Source: Spirochaetia bacterium
GTDB lineage: Bacteria; Spirochaetota; Spirochaetia; UBA9216
Length of the DNA: 64,000 bases
Direction: 5' to 3'
Assembly (NCBI GenBank): GCA_963675665.1
Contig: OY776510.1
Coordinates: 5,078,019 to 5,142,018 of the forward strand
Of this stretch, positions 54,891 to 64,000 are shown piece after piece (positions within the stretch are counted from its first letter, which is position 1; each line of letters begins with the position of its first letter). The notes beneath the pieces are model-generated. The model saw only the letters and a list, made by a program, of their open reading frames with translations. It ran no database searches and was not told where the DNA came from. The position numbers and the translations under genes were made by a program.

Positions 54891-57689
54891 GTGAAGATTA
54901 AAATATTTTCACCGTTGATCATATTTCTCTTCAGTACCGTATTCGGGCTTTTCTCCCAGTCTATTAATAATATTCAGTTTCCTCCTTTCCTCGGATGGAA
55001 ACAGATTGAAACAGAACGTTGTATTTTAATTTTTCCCGAAAGCCTTGAGGCAAAGGCATCGGAAATTGCCGGCATGATCGATTCATTCTACACTGCCGAC
55101 GAAGCAAGCCTGGAGACTGAAACATCAAAATGGCCGATCATCATTAACAATACGCTTTTTTATTCAAATGCTTATGTTCTAGGAGCACCGAGGCATTCGC
55201 AGCTGTACACAACCCCCATACAGGATAATTCTTTCGGAACAGGCAACTGGCTTTCACTTATCTGGAGCCATGAACTTCGCCACATCGTGCAAAACGAAAA
55301 AATGATTCGCGGGTTCACTGCTCTGTCCGACTGGATTGCCGGAGAATACGGATCAAGCGGGATGACCCATTTTGCGCTGCCGAAATGGGTAATGGAGGGC
55401 GATGCCGTTCTGACCGAAACGCTCGTATCTCCCGGAGGAAGGGGAAGGCTTGCTGATTTTGAACGGGAACTTCGGGCAAACAGCCTGAACCGGATCAGGT
55501 ACAGTTATTTTAAATCCAGCCAGGGTTCATATGCATCATATTCACCCCGTACCCCAAGCTGGTATGTGTCCGGCTATCATCTGTGCACATACATCCGCAG
55601 GGAATTCGGAATTGACGCATTCAACAGAATTATGGAGATTGCCGCCGATTTCTCTTTTACTCCGTTAATCCTGAATATTGCCGTCCAAAAAGTAACCGGG
55701 GAAAAAATTGAAACCCTTTATAATAACTGCCTGGATGAACTGACTGAATTATGGGAAGCCCAGCTTGAACAAAGGGAATTTACCCGGGTTGATATAATAA
55801 CATCCGGCAGAGAGGACAACGCTGATTATTATCCCCTGGGGAAATTTGAAAACGGAAATATTGCGGCGTTAAGAACTTCCCTGTCGGCGCTTTATACTCT
55901 CGTCGAAATAAATGAAAACGGAACTGTAACGGAACTGAGAAAGATCAATCCCTTCGACAAAAATATATCATTCAACGGAACAACCTTTTGCTGGGCCGAA
56001 ACAAAAAAAGATATAAGATGGGGAAACAGATCATGGTCGAATATCAGAATCTACACCCCGTCATCCGGCGATTACAGGGTAATTACGGACAAAACAAGAT
56101 ATCTTTCGCCTTCAATAAGCCCCGATGGAAAAAGAATCGCTGCAGTGGAGATTACCGAAGAGCTGAACAGCTATATTTCAGTAATTGATGCAGAAAACGG
56201 AAAACTCATATCAAGATTTGCCGAACCTTCAGGGGCCTCGCCGATGCAAACATGCTGGACGGACGACGGGACCGGTATTGTCTATATACGTCAGCAGAAC
56301 TGGATGAAGTCTCTGCGACTGCTTGAGCCCGAAACAAAAATAAACCGGCCTTTGACCTCCCCGGATATCTGGAGCATTTCTTCTCCTGATGTAAAGGACA
56401 ATGTTGTTTATTTCGTTTCGGAAGAAACAGGGCTTGAGAATATACATGCTTTGCAGCTTCAGGATGGAAACAGGCTTCCCGAAAACCGGCTGATTGTATC
56501 CCGGCCGTACGGCACAGCCTCTCCGGCGGCCGAAGACGGAACGCTTTATTTTGCTGATTATACAGTCTCGGGGTTTAAGATCTCCGCTGTGCCTTTACCG
56601 GCAACCGCGACAAGTCCCGTTATACCTGCCGAAAGCGGGCATGTCGATTATTTCGGAGCTCTTGCAGACCAGGAGCCGTTCTTTGGGTTCGCCGGGGCGG
56701 AAACTCACTCAAAAACTGCAGAATATACGATTTCCGATTACTATCCTTTTACCGGTCTTTTCAATTTCCACAGCAGGAGTATTGTTACTTCGCTGAGCGG
56801 CACGGGAATAGCCGCAAGCCTTCAGGCCGACAGTATAATGAACGACTCAAGCGGCCGGATATACTTCGGCTATGATCCGGACGAAACTGAACTCATGGCA
56901 GGTATGACCGGGGCTTACGCAGGGTTCTTTCCCGTGCTGCTTTACGGAGCAGAACTGCAGTCCCCGGCTATCTCGCCGGGTTCGGCGTTCGAATCTTTCA
57001 TCTACGGCGGCTTATGGCTTCCGCTGGATTTCTCAGGCGGCATTCTGAACCATACGCTCAGTCTGCAGGGATTATTTCTTATGGAGAACCAGCTCTACCC
57101 TGCAGAGTCGGCTGCAACAGCGCTAAAAGCGGATATTAACTGGAAATTAACACAGGTCCGGGCCAGACGGGACCTTGTGCCGCCGCTGGGTATTACCCTG
57201 AAAGGAAGCTGGTATTACAGTCTTGAACCGTCGTATTATAATTTTGTATTCGGAGAATGCAGATTTTATATTCCGGGCCTTCTGGATAATCAAGGCTTCA
57301 GCTTTAAACTGCAAGGTAATTATAATATCGGATCAGGATTGCTTAATAAAAGCCCTGAAACAGTCCCGAGAGGTCTTAATGAAGACAATTATGCCGTCCC
57401 GCTGTTATTCAACAGCAGTTTCGAGTACATACTGCCGCTGGCATACCCGGATTTTGCTGTCGGCAGTATAATTTATATTCCGCGATTGTATATGAACTGT
57501 TTTCTTGATACGGCCCTCATTCCAGACTCGCAAATCCTGCAAACCGCCGGCGTTGAACTTTTTACCGACTTTCACCTTTTCAACCATTATTATCCGTTCA
57601 GCGCAGGAATAAGACTTATCTATAACACCGTGGAAAAGAAAATGAGGCTGGAAGATACCGCCTTCAGCATCGGAATAGATCTTTTTTAA
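54891..57689 (+). CDS. large secreted protein: HExxH zinc-metallopeptidase-like N-terminal domain + TolB-like beta-propeller repeats + C-terminal beta-rich region ending in Phe
   Basis: Signal peptide. WSHELRHIVQ HExxH motif. TolB-like repeats (YLSPSISPDGKRIAAV...). C-terminal ...IGIDLF. Confidence 0.55.
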   Translation: MKIKIFSPLIIFLFSTVFGLFSQSINNIQFPPFLGWKQIETERCILIFPESLEAKASEIAGMIDSFYTADEASLETETSKWPIIINNTLFYSNAYVLGAPRHSQLYTTPIQDNSFGTGNWLSLIWSHELRHIVQNEKMIRGFTALSDWIAGEYGSSGMTHFALPKWVMEGDAVLTETLVSPGGRGRLADFERELRANSLNRIRYSYFKSSQGSYASYSPRTPSWYVSGYHLCTYIRREFGIDAFNRIMEIAADFSFTPLILNIAVQKVTGEKIETLYNNCLDELTELWEAQLEQREFTRVDIITSGREDNADYYPLGKFENGNIAALRTSLSALYTLVEINENGTVTELRKINPFDKNISFNGTTFCWAETKKDIRWGNRSWSNIRIYTPSSGDYRVITDKTRYLSPSISPDGKRIAAVEITEELNSYISVIDAENGKLISRFAEPSGASPMQTCWTDDGTGIVYIRQQNWMKSLRLLEPETKINRPLTSPDIWSISSPDVKDNVVYFVSEETGLENIHALQLQDGNRLPENRLIVSRPYGTASPAAEDGTLYFADYTVSGFKISAVPLPATATSPVIPAESGHVDYFGALADQEPFFGFAGAETHSKTAEYTISDYYPFTGLFNFHSRSIVTSLSGTGIAASLQADSIMNDSSGRIYFGYDPDETELMAGMTGAYAGFFPVLLYGAELQSPAISPGSAFESFIYGGLWLPLDFSGGILNHTLSLQGLFLMENQLYPAESAATALKADINWKLTQVRARRDLVPPLGITLKGSWYYSLEPSYYNFVFGECRFYIPGLLDNQGFSFKLQGNYNIGSGLLNKSPETVPRGLNEDNYAVPLLFNSSFEYILPLAYPDFAVGSIIYIPRLYMNCFLDTALIPDSQILQTAGVELFTDFHLFNHYYPFSAGIRLIYNTVEKKMRLEDTAFSIGIDLF

Positions 57690-57698
57690 CGGCGAAAA

Positions 57699-60665
57699 TT
57701 ACACCGGCAAAACAATCGTATTGTCGCTTATTTCTTTCCCGTATTTTACGGACAATTCTTCTATTACTTCCGATGAGCCCATTACCACCGCGACCGAGTT
57801 TGAATAAACATTTCTCAACGCTTCTGCCGCCGCCCGGATATCATCCACAGTAGCTCCAAGCATGGCTTCTCTTTTATGCTGCCTTATCTCGTCGGTAATC
57901 CGGTATAAATCGCGTCTGAACCCGATAAGGCTTTTTTCGGCCGGGCTGAGCGGTTTTAAATCACGCCCTACAACTGTAATTATGGCCTTTTTAAGATCAT
58001 TCTCACTGTACCGACCTTCTGCGGCGGCATCAAGGGCGGCTGCAAAGGCGTCAAGATTTTCACCGGGATTGGGATCCCTGTAAGTCGAGACTGTCATTAA
58101 CCCTTCAGTTCCGTTAACCGAGGCGTAAACACCGTAAGCGCCGTTTTTCATACGGACAAATTCCCACAGGTCGTTTGTCTTCATCATATGCGCCAGAAGG
58201 CTCTGATGCGCATGCAGTTCCGAGCCGATAAACGCTGCAGGCAGCGTTCTGGCGGTAAAACAGACTGAAGACGGAACAGAAAGCGCACCGATTTTAAAAG
58301 ACGGTGTTTTCTTGATATCTGTCCCCGCGGTTTCCACTGCAGCAGTACCTTCCGGAATCCTGCTTATAAATAATTCAAGTTTTTTCTGAACGTCATCAAA
58401 CAGCTCCCTGCGGCAGGTAACGTTTAACACCAGCCTTTTTCTGACCAGCAGCTTTTCCCGCAAAACATCAAGAGAACTGCAGATTTCAGGAATCGTCCTG
58501 TCGGAATTATTAGTCATTTCATTGAGATACAGCAACTGTCTGCTGCCGCGCCACTCGTCTTCCCTTTCAAGGACCCTGTCGAATTCTGCCGCCGCCCTGA
58601 CAGCACAGAAAGAGTGTCCCGCAGGAACTATACTTGATTTAAAATCGTTACGCATTTCAAAAAGCAGATCACGCACCCGTACAGGATCGGAGATCTCTGT
58701 TTCAAGCAGCATATCCGAAACAAGATTGAAAGCTTCATCAAGATCATCTTCAAGCGTTTTGAGCCTGAAGAAAAGATAATCCTTGCGTTCCTCTTTTCCG
58801 TCGGCAGTTCGGCTGGACTCCAGAAAGGTGTATAATCCGCCGGTTTTATGCGCAAGCTCAAGCGCAACCTGGTCGTACGGTTTTCCTGGAAGTCCGGAAG
58901 AACATATCATTCGGCTCAAAAATGGTAGCAGCAGGCCGTCTTTATCAGATACATCCCTGATATCAACTGCAAAATCGATATAAATTATTCCGTTGGTAAA
59001 CAGATCATGCTCGTAACAGGGGATGTCTTTCAGTATCTTTCGCTCGGTGTTTATTGTACGAATACTGGCCGGTACATCTTCAATATCAAGCGACGGAATT
59101 CTTGCCGTCAATTCCGCCGGGTCCGGGGTGTCCTGGTATTTTCTGTAAGCTTCCAGCTTTATTCTTTCCGCCTCAAAATCATCTGCAGAAAAGTCTTTTC
59201 TTGCTTCAGCCACCGAATCCGAAATATTTCCTTCAATCTTTTTATTATGATCCTTTGCGGGTTCAATTGAAAGCGAAAGTCTGTGCATGTTATTAATAAG
59301 CTGTTTCTCAATAAGCTGTTCAAAATGCCTGCTGTTCTCCGACACCCTGTCTCTGAGAGTTTCCATCGGGTCCCTGAAAAATATTGTATCTTCAGGCGTA
59401 CCTCCATGAAGCCAGCCCTTAAGCGATCGGTTCATAAGCCGCAACCCGAACGGCGCGCCGCCCCTGATTTCCCGGTTTCGGAACTCAACCCTGTGCATCG
59501 CTCCCTCAAGCGAAAGTTCCGGAATACCGTCTGCAGCCAGTTTTTCAAGTTCATTGAATATCAGCTGCTCAAAATCTTCACGCTTGTCGGCAACGCTGCC
59601 CCTTACCCCTATTGAAAAAACTATCTCCCGAAGATCGGTATCAAGCCCGCTTACAGGGCTTAAATCCTCGCCCACTCCCGACTCTACAACAGCCTTGTAC
59701 AGGGGCGAACCCATATTGCCCATAAGAGCTTCGGTAAGAACTTCAAATTCAAGAATATTCAGCGAATCTTCGGTAGAACCGCATTTCCAGTTCAGGGTAT
59801 GAGTAACCCCGCTTTCGTCTTCCCCGTCGTCTGCAGCCAGCGGGCTCGTTACCCATTTGATGCAGGGAGAGTCCCAGTTTTCCTGATAACGGATCTCCTC
59901 AGCAGGTTCGGCCTGACCGTCAAAACGTGAAAGGGCCTCATTCTGCAGAAACAACAGCTGCTCTTCAGTATTGATATCGCCGTAGAGGAATATCCTGCAA
60001 TTGGAGGGGTGATAAAACCGTGAATGATATTCCCTGAAAGCTTCATACGTTAACCCGGGAATAGCGGAAGGCTCTCCACCGGAATCAAACCGGTATGGTG
60101 TATCGGGAAACATAAAACGATATGAATACTCGGAGGCGATCGAGTCATGATTGGAATAAGCGCCTTTCATCTCGTTAAAAACAACCCCGGAGGGAACAGC
60201 GGTTCCGTCAGCCTTAGGTTCAAATCTTATTCCTTCCTGCATAAACATTTCTTCACGCAGCAGCGGAAAAAAAACGGCATCTGCATAAACGCTCATCAGA
60301 TTGAAATAATCCTTCGGTACCGTGGATGCCGCGGGAAATACCGTTTTATCAGGATAGGTCATTGCATTCAGAAATGTATTCATGCTTCCGTTCATCATTG
60401 AAAGAAACGGATCCTTAATCGGGTATTTCTCCGATCCTGCCAGAACACAATGCTCAAGAATATGGGCCGCTCCGGTATTATCCGTGGCCGGCGTTTTAAA
60501 CGCAAATGAAAAGAAATTTTCCTTGTCGTCGTTATAAAGATGATAGATATCAGCCCCGGTCCGGTCATGGCTCAGCCTGATACCAATCCCCCTGTATTCA
60601 GGTATATCGTTTACCGAGATTACGGTGAACCCGTGGAGCCTGTCTCCAGGTTTGAGTTTATTCAT
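57699..60665 (-). CDS. M16-family (insulinase/PreP-like, M16C) metallopeptidase
   Basis: 988 aa. Inverted zinc motif HILEH...E in the N-terminal domain. Confidence 0.8.
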   Translation of the reverse strand: MNKLKPGDRLHGFTVISVNDIPEYRGIGIRLSHDRTGADIYHLYNDDKENFFSFAFKTPATDNTGAAHILEHCVLAGSEKYPIKDPFLSMMNGSMNTFLNAMTYPDKTVFPAASTVPKDYFNLMSVYADAVFFPLLREEMFMQEGIRFEPKADGTAVPSGVVFNEMKGAYSNHDSIASEYSYRFMFPDTPYRFDSGGEPSAIPGLTYEAFREYHSRFYHPSNCRIFLYGDINTEEQLLFLQNEALSRFDGQAEPAEEIRYQENWDSPCIKWVTSPLAADDGEDESGVTHTLNWKCGSTEDSLNILEFEVLTEALMGNMGSPLYKAVVESGVGEDLSPVSGLDTDLREIVFSIGVRGSVADKREDFEQLIFNELEKLAADGIPELSLEGAMHRVEFRNREIRGGAPFGLRLMNRSLKGWLHGGTPEDTIFFRDPMETLRDRVSENSRHFEQLIEKQLINNMHRLSLSIEPAKDHNKKIEGNISDSVAEARKDFSADDFEAERIKLEAYRKYQDTPDPAELTARIPSLDIEDVPASIRTINTERKILKDIPCYEHDLFTNGIIYIDFAVDIRDVSDKDGLLLPFLSRMICSSGLPGKPYDQVALELAHKTGGLYTFLESSRTADGKEERKDYLFFRLKTLEDDLDEAFNLVSDMLLETEISDPVRVRDLLFEMRNDFKSSIVPAGHSFCAVRAAAEFDRVLEREDEWRGSRQLLYLNEMTNNSDRTIPEICSSLDVLREKLLVRKRLVLNVTCRRELFDDVQKKLELFISRIPEGTAAVETAGTDIKKTPSFKIGALSVPSSVCFTARTLPAAFIGSELHAHQSLLAHMMKTNDLWEFVRMKNGAYGVYASVNGTEGLMTVSTYRDPNPGENLDAFAAALDAAAEGRYSENDLKKAIITVVGRDLKPLSPAEKSLIGFRRDLYRITDEIRQHKREAMLGATVDDIRAAAEALRNVYSNSVAVVMGSSEVIEELSVKYGKEISDNTIVLPV

Positions 60666-60701
60666 TGTTATTCCTTGTAACGCCCCTTAAAAGTGTTCTA
60701 A

Positions 60702-61643
60702 TCAACAGGGGGTATTCTCTTTTATTCTTTTTATTAGTTTCAGAAACCTTTCACGGTCGCATTTCATAATAACTTCAGCCGTTCCGTCGGCTTCATCGGT
60801 ATCCGATACCCGTATTGAAGCCCCGCGTTTATTATCTTCACGGGTCAGATTCATTCTCAAATGCATTGTTTCGGATTCTGCCGCTACCTCCGGATCAATT
60901 ACGCAGGCCATGGCAAGCGGATCAGGGAAATTAATCACCCTTTCCCCCGAAACCTTTTCCCTGAAATCAAAGTAAAACCTCTGAACATCGGTAAACAGGT
61001 CTGCAGACGGAGTTCCGCTCATACCCAGGCCCTTATATTCCTCCTCGGTAAGCGTAACAGACAGTGTAGCATCCCAGGTCAGGATCCTGATCGGCAGATT
61101 TATACCAAAACAGTAAGCTATAGATTCCGGATCAAAAAAGAAGTTGAATTCCGCAAACGGGGTAACGTTGCCGTCGCCTATTGCCCCGCCCATAATTATT
61201 ATTTCCGAAACAAGGCTGTTCAGCCCGGGATGCAGATTAAATGCAACTGCAATATTTGTCAAAGGGCCGAGAGTAACAAGCTTAAGCCCCGGATTGGCCT
61301 TTGCCGATTCAAGCAAACCGGAAACAGCATCAAGCTTGTCTGCCGATTTCGTGCCCTGATTAAGCTCAACCCCGCCCAGACCGTTGCTGCCGTGAATGTG
61401 GTCCGCCCTGTGAGGATTTCTGAGAAACGATGTAGAACAGCCTTTGTAAACAGGAATATCGGTGCGATCAAAAAATGACAGCAGGCCGCAGACATTTTTA
61501 ACAACATTATCCAGGCTTGTATTTCCCGCTACACAACTTATTCCGGCTATTTCAACTTCTTCGGGGCTTGAAAGAGCAAGCATGATTGCAACAGCATCAT
61601 CGATTCCGCAGTCCGTATCAATAAAAATTTTCTGCGCCATCAT
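60702..61643 (-). CDS. nucleoside hydrolase (inosine-uridine-preferring type)
   Basis: N-terminal DTDCGIDDAVAI (DxDxxxDD) calcium/ribose motif. Confidence 0.8.
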   Translation of the reverse strand: MMAQKIFIDTDCGIDDAVAIMLALSSPEEVEIAGISCVAGNTSLDNVVKNVCGLLSFFDRTDIPVYKGCSTSFLRNPHRADHIHGSNGLGGVELNQGTKSADKLDAVSGLLESAKANPGLKLVTLGPLTNIAVAFNLHPGLNSLVSEIIIMGGAIGDGNVTPFAEFNFFFDPESIAYCFGINLPIRILTWDATLSVTLTEEEYKGLGMSGTPSADLFTDVQRFYFDFREKVSGERVINFPDPLAMACVIDPEVAAESETMHLRMNLTREDNKRGASIRVSDTDEADGTAEVIMKCDRERFLKLIKRIKENTPC

Positions 61644-61655
61644 ATACTCCTTAAC

Positions 61656-63827
61656 TCAACCCTGTTTTATATCTTTCATGGAAAGCGAGATCCTTTTCCG
61701 CTGCAAATCAACCGACAGGACCTTGACCCGCACTTTTTGATTAACCTTAAGTTCATCAGCCGGATCCTTCACAAAATGATCCGCAATTTCGCTGATGTGT
61801 ACCAGCCCGTCCTGATGAACACCGATATCAACAAAAGCCCCGAAGGCTGTCACGTTTGTGACTATCCCGTTAAGGAGCATATTTTCTTTCAGGTCACCCA
61901 TGCTGCTGACACTTTCGTCAAAACTGAACGACTGAAACACGGAGCGCGGATCCCGTCCGGGTTTCTTTAGCTCTTCTATTATATCATTGATTGTGGGCAG
62001 TCCGGCAGTATCCGTTACATAATCCTGAGCGTTTAAACGCCCTGCAAGCTCACTGTTTCCCGCCAGCTCCGCTACAGTTACCCCCGCATTCTTTGCCATT
62101 TTCTCAACAATTCCGTAGCTCTCCGGATGAACAGCGCCTGCATCAAGAGGGTTGTCTCCGCCGGTGATGCGCAGAAACCCGGCCGCCTGCTGAAAGACCT
62201 TCTCGCCGACTCCGGAAACCCCGAGCATCTGCTGAATATCTGTAAAAGGTTTTTTCTCCCGCTGTTTCAGCAGCTTGTCAGCTATTGAAGCGCTTAATCC
62301 TGAAACATACGACATAAGCTCGCGGCTTGCCGTATTCAGTTCGACACCGACTGAATTTACACATGAAATAACCGCATCGTCCAGGCTTTTCTTCAGAAGT
62401 TTCTGATCAACATCATGCTGGTACTGTCCTACCCCTATCGACTTTGGATCTATCTTTACCAGCTCTGCGAGCGGGTCCATCAGCCTGCGGCCGATCGATA
62501 CCGCTCCGCGCACGGTAACGTCCCTGTCGGGAAACTCGCGCCTTGCGGTTTCAGACGCAGAGTATACTGACGCGCCGCTTTCATTCACCGGCTCAACTAT
62601 AATACCGGATGGAAATACCTGCTTAACAAAAGCTTCAGCCTCGCGGCCTCCGGTTCCGTTTCCTACCGCTACAGCCTCTATGTCGTATTTTACAGCAAGT
62701 TTCTTTAAAAGTTCTGCAGCTTCAGTCTCTTTATTATGAGGCGGCAACGGATATATTACGCCGTCCTCAAGCAAATCTCCCTCGGCGCTTAAAACGACAA
62801 TTTTGCAGCCGGTACGCAGTCCCGGGTCAACAGCCAGAAGGCGCTTTCGGCCCAGCGGCGGTTCAAGCAGCAGGTTGCGAACGTTTTGTGCAAAAACTTC
62901 GATTGCAGTCAGATCAGCCTGTTTTTTCGCCGCATTTTTAAACTCGGTCTCAAGCGACGGACTCAGCAGCCGCTCCCAGGCATCATCGACGGCGGCCTCT
63001 ATAAACTCTCCGCCGGCCCGCGAACAGTTCCTGCCGGAATCCCCCTCCGGACTGCAGGCGCCGTCAAATACAATTCGGTCTATCAACCTGAGAGCGTCAT
63101 CCTTTTCAGGCAGGATATGCCATTTCAGAAAGCCCTCTTCGGCGCCGCGCATTACAGCCAGAAACCGGTGGGAAGGCACGCGGGAAAGCGGTTCGAAATA
63201 ATCAAAATAATCTTTATATTTTTCTGCCTCGTCAGCCTTCTTCTTTATAACGGCAGAACTCAGCCCGGCACGTTTTTCAAACAGCAGCCTCAACTCTCCC
63301 CGTATCTCCGCGTTTTCGCTGACACTCTCGGCAATAATGTCCGATGCCCCGGCAAGGGCCGATTCAACGCTGTCTACGCCTTTTTCAGGATCTATATACT
63401 TTTCAGCTTCAAGCCCAGGGTCCGGGCAGTTGAAACCCATTATTGAATCGGCAAGCGGCTGGAGCCCCTTCTCTTTTGCGACCGAGGCGCGTGTCTTGCG
63501 TTTCGGTCGGTACGGCAGGTAAATATCCTCAAGAACATTCAGAATTTTAGCCCCGTTCACCGCCTTTTCAAGCTCCGGCGTAAGCAGATCACGCTCTTTC
63601 AGAGACTCGAGTATCGAAGCACGGCGTTTCTCAAGCGCTTCAATCTCTTCCATACGGTCACGAATAGCAATTATCTGAACCTCATCGAGGTTGCCGGTCA
63701 TCTCTTTACGGTACCGGGAAATAAACGGGACGGTTGCACTGTCGGCCAACAGGTCTGCAACGGCCTGAACCTGGCGTTCCCGAAGCCCAAGTTCGGTCGC
63801 AGTTTCTTTAATATATGCGTCTTTCAT
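61656..63827 (-). CDS. tex: Tex-like RNA-binding transcription accessory protein (HhH, YqgF, S1 domains)
   Basis: 723 aa. N-terminal RQVQAVADLLADSATVPFISRYRKE and a C-terminal S1 domain. Confidence 0.85.
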   Translation of the reverse strand: MKDAYIKETATELGLRERQVQAVADLLADSATVPFISRYRKEMTGNLDEVQIIAIRDRMEEIEALEKRRASILESLKERDLLTPELEKAVNGAKILNVLEDIYLPYRPKRKTRASVAKEKGLQPLADSIMGFNCPDPGLEAEKYIDPEKGVDSVESALAGASDIIAESVSENAEIRGELRLLFEKRAGLSSAVIKKKADEAEKYKDYFDYFEPLSRVPSHRFLAVMRGAEEGFLKWHILPEKDDALRLIDRIVFDGACSPEGDSGRNCSRAGGEFIEAAVDDAWERLLSPSLETEFKNAAKKQADLTAIEVFAQNVRNLLLEPPLGRKRLLAVDPGLRTGCKIVVLSAEGDLLEDGVIYPLPPHNKETEAAELLKKLAVKYDIEAVAVGNGTGGREAEAFVKQVFPSGIIVEPVNESGASVYSASETARREFPDRDVTVRGAVSIGRRLMDPLAELVKIDPKSIGVGQYQHDVDQKLLKKSLDDAVISCVNSVGVELNTASRELMSYVSGLSASIADKLLKQREKKPFTDIQQMLGVSGVGEKVFQQAAGFLRITGGDNPLDAGAVHPESYGIVEKMAKNAGVTVAELAGNSELAGRLNAQDYVTDTAGLPTINDIIEELKKPGRDPRSVFQSFSFDESVSSMGDLKENMLLNGIVTNVTAFGAFVDIGVHQDGLVHISEIADHFVKDPADELKVNQKVRVKVLSVDLQRKRISLSMKDIKQG

Positions 63828-64000
63828 CAGATGACATTAAACAGCAGATATACGGAATTTGCAAGATCGTTAAAACGGGTCCTTAGAGGTAAATTTCATA
63901 AGAGCGTTTGATAGTTACGCTATGACATCCTTTCTCATTTTTATATTTTCAAATTTTATTAAATATGATAATGTTTTTCAGAGGTAGATATATGAAAAAA

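Noticed and set aside
1-64000. CRISPR arrays, tRNA/rRNA genes, IS elements or integrases
   Set aside because: I saw no regularly spaced direct repeats, cloverleaf-like tRNA sequences or transposase/integrase-like ORFs anywhere in the window.

Overview
The 64 kb window is predominantly minus-strand coding DNA from a diderm anaerobe of moderate GC, possibly a spirochaete; that taxonomy is a low-confidence inference. It holds two overlapping themes: a sugar-uptake regulon and a set of corrinoid/DUF1638 genes.

Layout (left to right):
- A duplicated carbohydrate-uptake region: two paralogous CUT1-type ABC sugar transporters, two GPH/MelB-type MFS symporters, two LacI-family regulators, an FGGY sugar kinase and a xylose-isomerase-like TIM-barrel epimerase/isomerase. 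It also contains a PHP phosphoesterase, a CrtI-like FAD oxidoreductase whose C-terminal end runs off the window start, and a DMT exporter translationally coupled to an XRE-cupin regulator.
- A complete tryptophan operon, trpE-trpGD-trpCF-trpB-trpA, with a consensus promoter and a perfect palindromic operator.
- A TetR/SCP2/M24-peptidase trio, a large cadherin-like/DUF5011 surface lipoprotein, and an MbfA-like ferritin-VIT1 iron exporter.
- A corrinoid-protein/MtaA-like methyltransferase pair next to a GGDEF diguanylate cyclase. About 12 kb away is a 949-aa fusion of the same Cys-rich DUF1638-like domain to a tandem hydantoinase/ASKHA ATPase.
- A NikR-linked FecCD/BtuCDF-type ABC importer, an ABC-F ATPase, a ferredoxin-thioredoxin-reductase-like/glutaredoxin pair, HtrA, an OmpR-type two-component system, two large metallopeptidases (HExxH + TolB-like, and M16C), a nucleoside hydrolase and Tex.

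The two main discoveries: (1) Three sugar-transport promoters share a perfect palindrome, TACACGTGTA, placed immediately downstream of near-consensus sigma70 promoters, which suggests one repressor controls all three. (2) The corrinoid protein and its MtaA-like partner lack any recognisable substrate:corrinoid methyltransferase or reductive activator, but sit beside two proteins carrying the DUF1638-like domain, one fused to a GGDEF cyclase and one to an ATPase. I propose this as an undescribed corrinoid-linked methyl-transfer/second-messenger module.
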